35,228 bases of DNA from a bacterium (GTDB lineage: Bacteria > UBP15 > UBA6099), in assembly GCA_029573925.1 (NCBI GenBank), contig JAKQBV010000577.1:1-35228 (forward strand). Reading direction: 5' to 3'. The notes under the pieces are model-generated. The model saw only the letters and a program-made list of their open reading frames with translations, was not told the DNA's origin and searched no databases. Position 1 is the stretch's first letter. The number at the start of each line of letters is the position of its first letter. The translations under genes were made by a program, and so were the position numbers. Shown in pieces: positions 8,898-17,189 of this stretch.

Positions 8898-9942
8898 TCT
8901 TTCCCGCGCCCGTCAGAAAATCTCCGGTCACATCGACCGCGCCGCGAGGGAGCGGATGCCGCGAAATGAGGATGACGGACAGCCCGCGTTTATCCGCCAC
9001 CGCAGGAGCGCGGCGCATCATGCCGCGTATAAATTCCTTTCTCAAATCCTTTTCCAGAGAATCGAACGCTGAGATTGAAGGCGACGCGGGAATCGCAACT
9101 GCCGACCGCGATTTAGCCGTCATCTTTTTCCGTTCCGCAGCCGCCGCCCCAGCTCGGGACGACAGATCGGTTTTATGCGCGTCCGAGACCATCGACAACA
9201 TTATCTCAGACTCTTCGAGCATCCGGGCGGCGCGCTCCTTGAGTTCCGTCTCTCTGCGGCGCGAGCCGCTGAGGAACTCCTCCCTCTCGGCTCCCGAGAT
9301 CCTGTCATATTCTCGTTGAAGCGCCGCAGTCCTCGATCTCTCGTGTTCATCTATTGCGACGCGCAGCGCCTCCGCTTCCGACTCCAGCCTCGCCAGCCGG
9401 TCTTCAGAGAAAACATAGGGGTCTCGCGTGAGCGTCTTTAACTTGAGTCTGAGCGCGAAAAGCTCGAACTTCTCTTGCGCCATCGGGTCTTCCGGGTCCG
9501 GCCTGTTAAGCTGCCTGTGAATCGATTCGAGCCGCCTCGCAGTCGCTTCGCGCGCGCGCGCGTCTTCGGCTGAATAGATATCGCGATATGAGATGAAGTC
9601 CCTGCGCAAAGCGTCGAGCGCGCTTGCGGACATCAGGCTGCCTATGTTCCGGCCCCTAGCCGCGAAACCATCTTCAAGACTCCGGATTTCTGAGCCTAGA
9701 ACGCGGGACGGAAAAGACGCGCCGAAAGCTGCTCCGGTCGCGGCGCTCCGACGGTCGCCTTCCATCTCGAAAGACATCCTGACGGCTTTCAACAATTGAT
9801 ATTCGGGAGTTGACTCAAAGAGCAACTGCGCGTCCGCGCAACCAATCAAGACATCATGCCGGGCAGGCTCGCGGAAAGCAAGGTACAGCGCCGCCGCAAC
9901 GCACAACATGGCGGCCGTCAGCCATATCAACCGCCTCTTCAT
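8854..9942 (-). CDS. Membrane-anchored or secreted coiled-coil protein, possible elongated OmpH/Skp-like chaperone
   Basis: 362 aa with an N-terminal hydrophobic anchor ([19 protein letters not shown]) and a long Arg/Glu-rich helical middle. The C-terminus ([29 protein letters not shown]) resembles the Skp C-terminal pattern (iA.ekg..vVld...vly....DiT..v). It starts 7 nt after the skp stop. The functional call is an inference. Confidence 0.55.
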   Translation of the reverse strand: MKRRLIWLTAAMLCVAAALYLAFREPARHDVLIGCADAQLLFESTPEYQLLKAVRMSFEMEGDRRSAATGAAFGASFPSRVLGSEIRSLEDGFAARGRNIGSLMSASALDALRRDFISYRDIYSAEDARAREATARRLESIHRQLNRPDPEDPMAQEKFELFALRLKLKTLTRDPYVFSEDRLARLESEAEALRVAIDEHERSRTAALQREYDRISGAEREEFLSGSRRRETELKERAARMLEESEIMLSMVSDAHKTDLSSRAGAAAAERKKMTAKSRSAVAIPASPSISAFDSLEKDLRKEFIRGMMRRAPAVADKRGLSVILISRHPLPRGAVDVTGDFLTGAGKIESEEKTNDENENK

Positions 9943-9949
9943 AAGCTCT

Positions 9950-10453
9950 CTATTTGGGCAGCTTTTTGATGACTTCGTCCGTCAGATCGATGCCGCCATG
10001 CAGCACGACTTCGCGTTCAAGCACGACCTGCGCCTTGAACTCGACGCCGACTTGCTGGATAACGCTGTTGACGGCGTCCACCACCGGCGTCCACTTCTGC
10101 TGCCGCAGCCTCTCCATTTCTTTCTGGTAGTCCTCGTCCGCTTTCTCCACCATCTGCTGGACTTCAATCTGCGAACTCGCGGGCAAAGCGGCGATATCGC
10201 CTGTTCCGAACTTAGCCGTTATCTGCTCTCTAAGGCTTTCCTCGCTCTTTTTTCTAAGCTCGCTCAGTTCCATGTTGACCCTGACTGCCTGCGGAAAAGC
10301 CTCAAGAATTTCTTCTGAATCGACGAAAGCGATGACGACGGACGATTGAGCTTCGGCGGCTCCCGTCGCGCGCTTGGTCGATATAAACGCGCCCGCTCCG
10401 GCTATCGCCGCTATCGTCGCGATTATAGTCAACGCTCTCAAATAAATATTCAT
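9950..10453 (-). CDS. skp: OmpH/Skp family periplasmic chaperone
   Basis: I start it at MNIYLRALTIIATIAAIAGAGA (ATG 10451-10453, GGGAGGAAA RBS) rather than the longer listed ORF. It has a signal peptide, a coiled-coil core and a C-terminus VVLEREVVLHGGIDLTDEVIKKL. It occupies the classic position between bamA and lpxD. Stop codon is TAG. Confidence 0.75.
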   Translation of the reverse strand: MNIYLRALTIIATIAAIAGAGAFISTKRATGAAEAQSSVVIAFVDSEEILEAFPQAVRVNMELSELRKKSEESLREQITAKFGTGDIAALPASSQIEVQQMVEKADEDYQKEMERLRQQKWTPVVDAVNSVIQQVGVEFKAQVVLEREVVLHGGIDLTDEVIKKLPK

Positions 10454-10500
10454 CTCAGTATTTCCTCCCGATGGATGATCCCGTCTCAGTCGCGCCCGCA

Positions 10501-11802
10501 TTAAAGATTCGCCACTATCCTCAACCACACTTTTGTGTTGAAATCCGTCACCACGTCGAAACTAAAATAGTCGTGCGCCTTGAACTTGACGCTTCCCTCG
10601 TTTCGCTCGTCTATGATATCCGACACATTCTTCTCGTACGAAATGATGATGTCTTCAGTGATAAACCAGTCGAGCCATACCCTTCCGAAATCGTCGACGA
10701 AGTTCCAGCCGCCGGCGGCATAGAAATTTCCAAACCTCCGTCCCGCGCCCGCGTTCATCTGTATGTCCAGCGGGCCGGGGAGAAAATTCGTCTCGAGGAA
10801 AAGTTCCGTTTTCGGCCCCGGGAAAAATCCGAAATGCCCTTCGATGTCCGGATTCCGCTGTTCTCGGTCCACGCTGACTTTCGCCCGCGCGAACGCGCTG
10901 TACTTCTCCGATTCCGCCAGCGTCCTTATCACGGTGTTCTTTCCGAAAGTGGGCTTTATATCGTATCTCAGACCGAACTTGTCCGTCTGGCTGTTCGTCG
11001 CAAGGTAATTAAAGAAATAATCCACGATTTCCCTCTCGTATCTCTCTGCAAAAACAATAGGCAGCCCCACTATGAATTCCGAGTGAGAGGCCAAATCGAA
11101 CTTCAGCCTGTCCAGCAGAAGGGAGGGCATTGTCGTGGAGCGAGGCTTGACAAAAACAAAACTTATTGTGTCCGACGAAGTTCTGATGTCGAGAGTGATG
11201 AGAGTCTGCTCCCCGATGGTCGCGTTGGGGGTAAGAATAAACCCGGGGAATCTGTTTTTGTCCTTAAGCCAGTCCGACACTATGGAAGAAACGATCTCCG
11301 TGGACCATCTCGCCGAGCTAACGGGCACGCCCGAAATCAGAGAAAGGATTTCTCCGCGAGCCATATCCAACCTGTTTTCGAAGAAATCGTTCCAATACGG
11401 AGCTAGTCCCGCAGGGCGGCGAATCTCGAACTTGACCCTTTTTATCGCCGGTTGAGAAGGCAACAGCCTCATCTTCACTACGGCATTCTCGGCAATGTCG
11501 ATTTCCAGCGTCTCGACGCTGAAGCCGCTCAGAGTCTCGTTGAAAATCATCTCCATCGCCTGAGCAAGAGAAGCCTTTACCGCTTCGGCTTCTTGAATGG
11601 TTTTTCCTTCGAGCGCGCGGGATGCCACCGTTTCCGCCGCGCTCTTGATTCTTGCCAGTATAGGCTCAGGAACGGAAGAGGCGAGCTCGATTCGCACCGA
11701 AGTTGAAGAAACCGTCCCGCCGGGCGCGTTCGCTAAGGCCGAAGCGTTGAAAATGACCGCAACGGCGAGCGACAAAATGCTTATTGTCAACCATAATCTC
11801 AT
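10501..11802 (-). CDS. Secreted hypothetical protein (possible outer-membrane protein), family not recognised
   Basis: 433-aa ORF with a clear signal peptide (MRLWLTISILSLAVAVIFNASALANA). The C-terminal ~130 aa have an alternating aromatic/hydrophobic pattern. It is tightly packed between bamA (28-nt gap) and skp (47-nt gap). Confidence 0.8.
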   Translation of the reverse strand: MRLWLTISILSLAVAVIFNASALANAPGGTVSSTSVRIELASSVPEPILARIKSAAETVASRALEGKTIQEAEAVKASLAQAMEMIFNETLSGFSVETLEIDIAENAVVKMRLLPSQPAIKRVKFEIRRPAGLAPYWNDFFENRLDMARGEILSLISGVPVSSARWSTEIVSSIVSDWLKDKNRFPGFILTPNATIGEQTLITLDIRTSSDTISFVFVKPRSTTMPSLLLDRLKFDLASHSEFIVGLPIVFAERYEREIVDYFFNYLATNSQTDKFGLRYDIKPTFGKNTVIRTLAESEKYSAFARAKVSVDREQRNPDIEGHFGFFPGPKTELFLETNFLPGPLDIQMNAGAGRRFGNFYAAGGWNFVDDFGRVWLDWFITEDIIISYEKNVSDIIDERNEGSVKFKAHDYFSFDVVTDFNTKVWLRIVANL

Positions 11803-11830
11803 GTGAGCGCCGCGTCTCCTCGTCGGAGGA

Positions 11831-13600
11831 TTAGAACATGTGTCCGAATCCGAAATGGAGTTTGGAATCTTTATCCTCGACCGTGACGGCGTAGTCGAGC
11901 CTAACCGGGCCGATTCCGAAAGCGGGTATCTTCAATCTTAGACCTACCCCGTATGAGCGATACATGTCTTTGCCGGGCAGAAACTTCATGTCCGACGCGC
12001 TCATCCAAGCGTTGCCTGCGTCGGCGAACAGAGCCGCGCTCAGGTTTCCGGAAAGACTTACCCTGTATTCAAGGTTGTAGAGCACCAGTTTTGTCCCGCC
12101 GAACTGGTATTCGTCATAGCCGCGCAATGTGTTGACGCCGCCAAGGTCGAAATAGTCGAATCTGGGAATGTCTCCCTGTCCCAGTCCTATCATAATCCTA
12201 CCGCAAAGCGTGTGGTTCTTCCGAATCGGATAGTACCGCCTGCCCTCCAGCGTCAGCTTTTCGTAGTCGTAGTCCCCGCCGAGCAGCCCGCCGTTCAGCT
12301 CAAGCGACGCGCTGTCGTACCGGCCTGTAGTGGGATTGAAAATATAATCGCGGGTGTCCGTTCTGATCGTTCCGGTAACGCTGCGCGACGAGCCGTCAAG
12401 ATACGAATACAGTTCCTCAGGCGTGACGGTCACATTCTCGATTTTATAGCCTACGAACACGCGCGTATAGTTCGATATCGGGCGCCCGAAGGTCATGTTG
12501 AAACCCCTGCGGATTTCCTCGTAATCCTCGGTAATAAGCCCTGATAGGCCATACCGGAGATTCTCCCTGTATGTGCTGTAAACATTCACTTCGCCGCTGG
12601 TCTGCTTCTTGTCCAGCCACGGCTCGAAATAACCCAACTCGAAGTTGTCCCTCTTTCCGCCGAACTCCGTCTTCGCGTCTACCCGGCGCGCCTTCCCTTT
12701 CAGGTTCCTCTCCGAATATGTCAGGAACCCTGTAAGGCCTGTGTTCGAGCTATACCCCGCGCCGAAACCCGCCGAGCCGGTTTTGCCCTCCTCGACCTCT
12801 ACCACAAGGATTATATGACCGGGCTTGTCGCCGGGATCCACCCGCGTGTGGACATCGTCGAAAAAACCCAAGTTGTAAATCTTCTGCAGGTCGCGGCCAA
12901 GATTGTTCTTGTTATAGATGTCTCCGGGCTTAATTTTCATCTCGCGAGTTATCACGTAATCCTTCGTTTTGCCGGTGTCGGAAACCGAAGGCTCTTCCGT
13001 ATTCAGTTCATCGCTTGCGACAACAACATACGCAACTTTAATCGCTTGAATCACGCCTTCCGAGATGACGATGTTCAGATTTTTGGCGGCGTCTATCCTT
13101 GCGTCTATCACTCTGGCGGCAATGTACCCGTCGCTTATATATTTGTTTTCAATCGCTTCGACATCCGTCCTGAGGTTGTTGCTGTTGAGAATGGTGTTGC
13201 GTTTTGCGCGCATCAGTTCGCCGAGTTGCGCTTCGGTGTAAACGCTCGCGCCCTCGAATATGACGGCATTTATGACAGGGTTCTCCGTCACCCTGAAAGT
13301 GACGCGCGCGCCGCCCTGAAATTCAGCCAGACTGGCCTTCACGTCCTCTGAAAAGTAGCCGAGGTCAAATATTCTCTGGAGGTCGTCCTGAAGAGTTTCA
13401 GTGGACAACTTTGAGCCGACAGCCGACTCGACCACCGCGAGGATTTCGTCCTCGTCGACTTCGAACGCTCCCGCAACTTCAATTTTCGTGATAATGACAT
13501 CCGTTTCGACTGTTGCGTCCTGCGCGAACGCGGGAGTCCACAGAGCCGCGAGAAGCGCTATCATCGCCGCCGCCATTTTTTTGTTGCGCAAACTCATCAT
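11831..13600 (-). CDS. bamA: Omp85-family outer membrane protein assembly factor (BamA by synteny)
   Basis: 589 aa with signal peptide MAAAMIALLAALWTPAFA. I read three POTRA-like modules (IITKIEVAG..., VINAVIFEGASVY..., YVITREMKIKPGDIYNKNNLGRDLQKIYNLGFFDDV). A beta-barrel follows, with GFGAGYSS and a C-terminus ending HFGFGHMF. GGAGG RBS. Confidence 0.9.
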   Translation of the reverse strand: MMSLRNKKMAAAMIALLAALWTPAFAQDATVETDVIITKIEVAGAFEVDEDEILAVVESAVGSKLSTETLQDDLQRIFDLGYFSEDVKASLAEFQGGARVTFRVTENPVINAVIFEGASVYTEAQLGELMRAKRNTILNSNNLRTDVEAIENKYISDGYIAARVIDARIDAAKNLNIVISEGVIQAIKVAYVVVASDELNTEEPSVSDTGKTKDYVITREMKIKPGDIYNKNNLGRDLQKIYNLGFFDDVHTRVDPGDKPGHIILVVEVEEGKTGSAGFGAGYSSNTGLTGFLTYSERNLKGKARRVDAKTEFGGKRDNFELGYFEPWLDKKQTSGEVNVYSTYRENLRYGLSGLITEDYEEIRRGFNMTFGRPISNYTRVFVGYKIENVTVTPEELYSYLDGSSRSVTGTIRTDTRDYIFNPTTGRYDSASLELNGGLLGGDYDYEKLTLEGRRYYPIRKNHTLCGRIMIGLGQGDIPRFDYFDLGGVNTLRGYDEYQFGGTKLVLYNLEYRVSLSGNLSAALFADAGNAWMSASDMKFLPGKDMYRSYGVGLRLKIPAFGIGPVRLDYAVTVEDKDSKLHFGFGHMF

Positions 13601-13697
13601 ACGCCTCCATAAAGATTCATGTTCATATTAATATCCAACTTACGCCATTATACATTGCCATCTTGCTGAAGAATGCTTGCGAAACAAAAAGAAACCC

Positions 13698-14273
13698 TCA
13701 TCCGGCCAGCCTGTCGAGGAGCCAAACGATGTTGTCGGCAAGCTCGTCCATCGTTTTCATGCCCTCCTCGTCGTTGAGCGCGTCTCCCGGCTCTCTGCCC
13801 ATCGCAATATTCCAGTAGCCGGCTCCGGGCACTACCATGTTGTTTATGAGGAAAAACTGATTTATCTGGTTGAAAGTGGCAAGCCCGCCCTGTCGCCTTA
13901 CGGAGACCACCGCCGCACCGACCTTCCTAGACAGCAAATGCCCGTTCGCCCGGCTCACTAGCCCTGCGCGGTCTATCAACGCTTTCATCTCGGCGGTGAC
14001 CGACCCGAAATATACCGGAGAGCCTAGCAATACCGCGTCCGCGCTCATAATGGCCGTTATCATCGAATTAATGTCGTCCTTGCGCCCGTGGCATGCTCCG
14101 TCCTTTGCGTCGAAACACTTGTAACAGGCTGTACATCCGCCCGCGGCGACTCCTCCCAATTGAATAAATTCCGTCTCTATTCCGTTCTTCTCAAGACTGC
14201 CCAAAATTCTGCGCAATGAATTATGCGTGTTTCCCTTTTTTCTGGGACTGCCGTTTATCGCGACGACTTTCAT
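13698..14273 (-). CDS. Flavodoxin-like fold NAD(P)H-dependent FMN reductase / iron-sulfur flavoprotein family
   Basis: 191 aa with N-terminus MKVVAINGSPRKKGNT, the Cys motif GGCTACYKC...GAC and LLGSPVYFGSVTAEMKALIDR. AGGAGG RBS. Confidence 0.8.
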   Translation of the reverse strand: MKVVAINGSPRKKGNTHNSLRRILGSLEKNGIETEFIQLGGVAAGGCTACYKCFDAKDGACHGRKDDINSMITAIMSADAVLLGSPVYFGSVTAEMKALIDRAGLVSRANGHLLSRKVGAAVVSVRRQGGLATFNQINQFFLINNMVVPGAGYWNIAMGREPGDALNDEEGMKTMDELADNIVWLLDRLAG

Positions 14274-14310
14274 AAAAGCCTCCTGTCAAAAAAACGAACT
14301 CAAATAATCT

Positions 14311-14874
14311 TCAGGGAACAAAAATCGCGGCGGCGACAACGCTTGTCCACATCTTCTGCTCGCCTTTCGCGGCTTGTACGATGGAACGCGGGCGATATAT
14401 CTTTCCTGCTATCGCCCACTCCTCTTTTCGCTCGTTCCAAGATTTGTCCGGGTCGAAAGCCAACCCAAGAGTCGAAGCCAGCATCTCGGCGGCAAGGTCC
14501 TCGGCAAGCTCCGACGTCTTGTCCGCTGTCATCCCGAACTCATGAACTTCGCTCAAATATCCGTACATATCGGAATCGATAGGTTGGGCAAGCCCGACCC
14601 CTGCGGATATCAGCCTTCCATGCTCGTTCGTTTCATTTCTCGCAATGACCGTATAAACAATCTGTCCGGGACTAAGAACATATTTCACGCCATCGCCGGG
14701 TTTTTCCACGACCATCTCTCGCTTAAGAATTACGCAATGCGGCGGAAATATCGAAGAAACCGTAACCAGATTGAACTTCTCAATGCCCGCCTTGCGGAGA
14801 GCAAGCTCAAAGCTCGCCAGCTTAAGTTTGTGGCGTCCGACGCCCCTTGTGAAATACAGTCCTTTCGGTATCAT
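14311..14874 (-). CDS. pdaD: Pyruvoyl-dependent arginine decarboxylase
   Basis: 187 aa. FTRGVGRHKLKLASFELALRKAGIEKFNLVTVSSIFPP carries the Ser-Ser self-cleavage site context of the PvlArgDC family. GGAGG RBS. Confidence 0.85.
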   Translation of the reverse strand: MIPKGLYFTRGVGRHKLKLASFELALRKAGIEKFNLVTVSSIFPPHCVILKREMVVEKPGDGVKYVLSPGQIVYTVIARNETNEHGRLISAGVGLAQPIDSDMYGYLSEVHEFGMTADKTSELAEDLAAEMLASTLGLAFDPDKSWNERKEEWAIAGKIYRPRSIVQAAKGEQKMWTSVVAAAIFVP

Positions 14875-14962
14875 CTACTTTGCTCCTCCGCAATGTTTGT
14901 GCGCGCCCGCGCGCGGCTCGGACCCGGTCGGCTGCCGCCTTCCCGTAATCTTCCGGCCCGGA

Positions 14963-14991
14963 ATTATAATACGATTTCCCACGCGCCACAA
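14963..14991 (-). promoter_or_regulatory. Candidate promoter for pdaD (TTGTGG-17 nt-TATAAT)
   Basis: On the minus strand, TTGTGG is at 14986-14991 and a perfect TATAAT at 14963-14968 with a 17-nt spacer. This would leave a GC-rich leader of about 80 nt before the ATG at 14874. Confidence 0.3.
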
Positions 14992-15240
14992 TCATTCCGC
15001 CCGCTTAGTCCCTCGAACCCACATTTTAGACATCCTTCCCGCGCCAGTGTTCCAAGACTGAAAGCTATTTTTTACGACTGAGGAGGGACAATACAGGCAT
15101 GCTTCTCTTGGGTTTGCCGGCGCTATTCTCGAATACAGTCTGAAACATTATTGACAGAGAAATATCCGATCCTATTCATTGAGAGACACTTTAGTTATAT
15201 AATACTTTACTGCCTGAAGCTCCGAACACGAGTTAAAAGC

Positions 15241-16470
15241 ATGGAAAAAGGAAGCAGTCCCGGCAACAATTCATCTCTCAAACGCGCCGCGCTTTTCCTC
15301 GGCCTCAAGCGCAGCATGGTAGGCATGCTAGCGATGGTCATCCTCTGCGACATGGGAGAGCGCATGGCTGAACGCTTTCTTCCAATCTATCTGATGGCCA
15401 TCGGGGGTGGCGCAATCTCGATCGGCCTGCTGAACGGCCTCGACAATCTGCTGTCCGCCCTGTACGCATATCCCGGCGGATTCCTTTCGGATCGGCTCGG
15501 GGTTAAGCGCGCGCTCATCTTCTTCAATCTAATCGCGATATTCGGCTTCGCGATTGTCGTGGCTGTCCCGGACTGGCGCGCGGTCATAGTAGGAGCGCTG
15601 TTCTTCATCTCTTGGAGCGCGATATCTCTGCCCGCCACCATGAGCCTCATTAATCGCGCGCTGCCGAAAAACAAGCGAACGATGGGCGTCAGCATGCACT
15701 CGCTAGTGCGCCGCATCCCGATGGCGCTCGGACCTCTCATCGGCGGCGCTTTCATCGCCGCTTGGGGAGAGCGCGACGGCATCCGCTACGCTTTCATCGG
15801 CGCTATCGCGATGGCGTTCGCCGCGATGATCCTACAACAGATTCTCATTGTGCCGGACTCGCCGAAGAAAAAGAGCCACGTCGCAGCTCCGCGCAAATCT
15901 ATGCTAGCGCGGATGACCCCGCAGCTCCGCCTGCTCCTCGTGTCAGACATCCTTGTCCGCTTCTGCGAGCAGATTCCTTACGCTTTCGTCGTCGTGTGGT
16001 GCATGAAAACCATCGAGCATCCGGTCAGCGCGATACAGTTCGGCGCGCTCACAACGATCGAAATGGCGACGGCCATTATCATTTACATCCCAGTCGCGGC
16101 TCTCGCGGACAAAGGCGGCAAGAAACCTTTTGTCGTCGCGACATTCCTATTTTTCTCTGTATTCCCGCTCGTTTTGTATTTCAGCAGATCATTCTGGTGG
16201 CTCGTGGCAGCCTTCATCGTGCGCGGACTCAAGGAATTCGGCGAACCGACTCGCAAAGCGCTTATCATGGAACTGGCCCCTGAGGACTGCAAGGCCGCAA
16301 TGTTCGGATTCTATTATCTTGCGCGGGATATGGTGGTGTCGCTCGCAGCGTTCGGCGGCGCGTTCCTGTGGATAGTTTCTCCCGCCGTCAACCTGTTTGC
16401 GGCGTTCGCTTTCGGCATAATCGGCGCTCTTTGGTTCGCAGTCTTCGGGCGCGACCTCGAAAAAGCGTGA
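15241..16470 (+). CDS. MFS transporter
   Basis: About 12 predicted hydrophobic helices, with an MFS-like loop motif GGFLSDRLGVKR between helices 2 and 3. I prefer the ATG at 15241 (MEKGSSPGNN) over the TTG at 15151, which lies inside a TTGACA box. The start is uncertain because no Shine-Dalgarno sequence is visible. Confidence 0.8.
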   Translation: MEKGSSPGNNSSLKRAALFLGLKRSMVGMLAMVILCDMGERMAERFLPIYLMAIGGGAISIGLLNGLDNLLSALYAYPGGFLSDRLGVKRALIFFNLIAIFGFAIVVAVPDWRAVIVGALFFISWSAISLPATMSLINRALPKNKRTMGVSMHSLVRRIPMALGPLIGGAFIAAWGERDGIRYAFIGAIAMAFAAMILQQILIVPDSPKKKSHVAAPRKSMLARMTPQLRLLLVSDILVRFCEQIPYAFVVVWCMKTIEHPVSAIQFGALTTIEMATAIIIYIPVAALADKGGKKPFVVATFLFFSVFPLVLYFSRSFWWLVAAFIVRGLKEFGEPTRKALIMELAPEDCKAAMFGFYYLARDMVVSLAAFGGAFLWIVSPAVNLFAAFAFGIIGALWFAVFGRDLEKA

Positions 16471-16539
16471 AAGCAAATACTTACAGGCATTATTCTCTAT
16501 CCGTCTCAAATTCGCTGCCGCGCTCAAACATCTCCGACA

Positions 16540-16567
16540 TTGCATATTGATTGCGGCCAGATAGAAT
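16540..16567 (+). promoter_or_regulatory. Candidate sigma70-like promoter (TTGCAT-16 nt-TAGAAT)
   Basis: TTGCAT at 16540-16545 and TAGAAT at 16562-16567. It lies about 150 nt upstream of the DMT gene start. Confidence 0.35.
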
Positions 16568-16586
16568 ACTTCTGAATCGGATTGAA

Positions 16587-16692
16587 CCCGAATTCATCAT
16601 TAGGATTCGGGAGCAATTGTTCAGAGCGGATGAAATGCTTCGTTGCTGCTATGAAAATCGCCTCTGATTCGTCGGTTCTATCGACGAATCAG
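16587..16692 (+). promoter_or_regulatory. Structured 5' leader with two strong hairpins upstream of the half-size DMT transporter
   Basis: Hairpin 1 pairs CCCGAATTC (16587-16595) with GGATTCGGG (16603-16611): 9 bp with one G-U pair and a 7-nt loop. Hairpin 2 pairs CTGATTCGTCG (16664-16674) with CGACGAATCAG (16682-16692): 11 perfect bp and a 7-nt loop. No U-run follows either hairpin. Confidence 0.35.
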
Positions 16693-16716
16693 GGTTGAAA
16701 CGAACGGGGTCGCCTT

Positions 16717-17154
16717 ATGGACGGAGTTAAAGGAGTCATTATCGGCGGATTGCTTCCTGCCATGCTGTTTGGAATCGGCTCCATTTTTCAGAAGGCAGGA
16801 AACAAAATCGGCATCGCGCAGTCTTACTATCTGATTTCGTTTGCGTCAGGCATTATCGCGGCAGGCGTCGTTTCATTTTTTGTTCTGAAAAACAGCCCCT
16901 TTTCATACAAAGCTGCGGCGTTTGCCATTGGACATGGTTTGTTCTTCGGAGCAGGTTTCGTAATGATAGGCGCCGGTCTCGCGGTCTTTAACATGCCAAT
17001 ATCAAAAATCGTCCCGCTTGTGAACATGAGCGCGCTTGTGGTAGTGGCGCTGGGCTTTGTTGTTTTTAGGGAATACTCCGAGGTTAACGTGTTCAACCTG
17101 CTGGCAGGCGCGATCCTAATAGTGGCAGGGGGGATACTTGTCGGAAAATCTTAA
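16717..17154 (+). CDS. Small five-helix membrane protein, single EamA-like (DMT superfamily) domain
   Basis: 145 aa with five hydrophobic segments and a Gly-rich last helix (LLAGAILIVAGGILVG), typical of DMT half-transporters. Confidence 0.65.
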   Translation: MDGVKGVIIGGLLPAMLFGIGSIFQKAGNKIGIAQSYYLISFASGIIAAGVVSFFVLKNSPFSYKAAAFAIGHGLFFGAGFVMIGAGLAVFNMPISKIVPLVNMSALVVVALGFVVFREYSEVNVFNLLAGAILIVAGGILVGKS

Positions 17155-17189
17155 CACGGAGGCCTAGAATCAGCCTCCCTGCCGACATC

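Noticed and set aside
10471-11406. Long antisense ORFs in the track. Examples: 10471-11406 (+), 30606-31784 (+), 8347-9072 (+), 6088-6816 (-), 704-1330 (+), 19153-19710 (-), 1659-2225 (-).
   Set aside because: Each lies opposite to, or out of frame with, a gene that has clear family signatures. Their translations are Arg/Pro/Ser-rich low-complexity sequence, typical of spurious ORFs in GC-rich DNA. None has an RBS.
15010-15022. tRNA-like T-loop string GGGTTCGAGGG on the minus strand
   Set aside because: No complementary T-stem partner (CCCAC) follows, and no acceptor or anticodon arms can be drawn.
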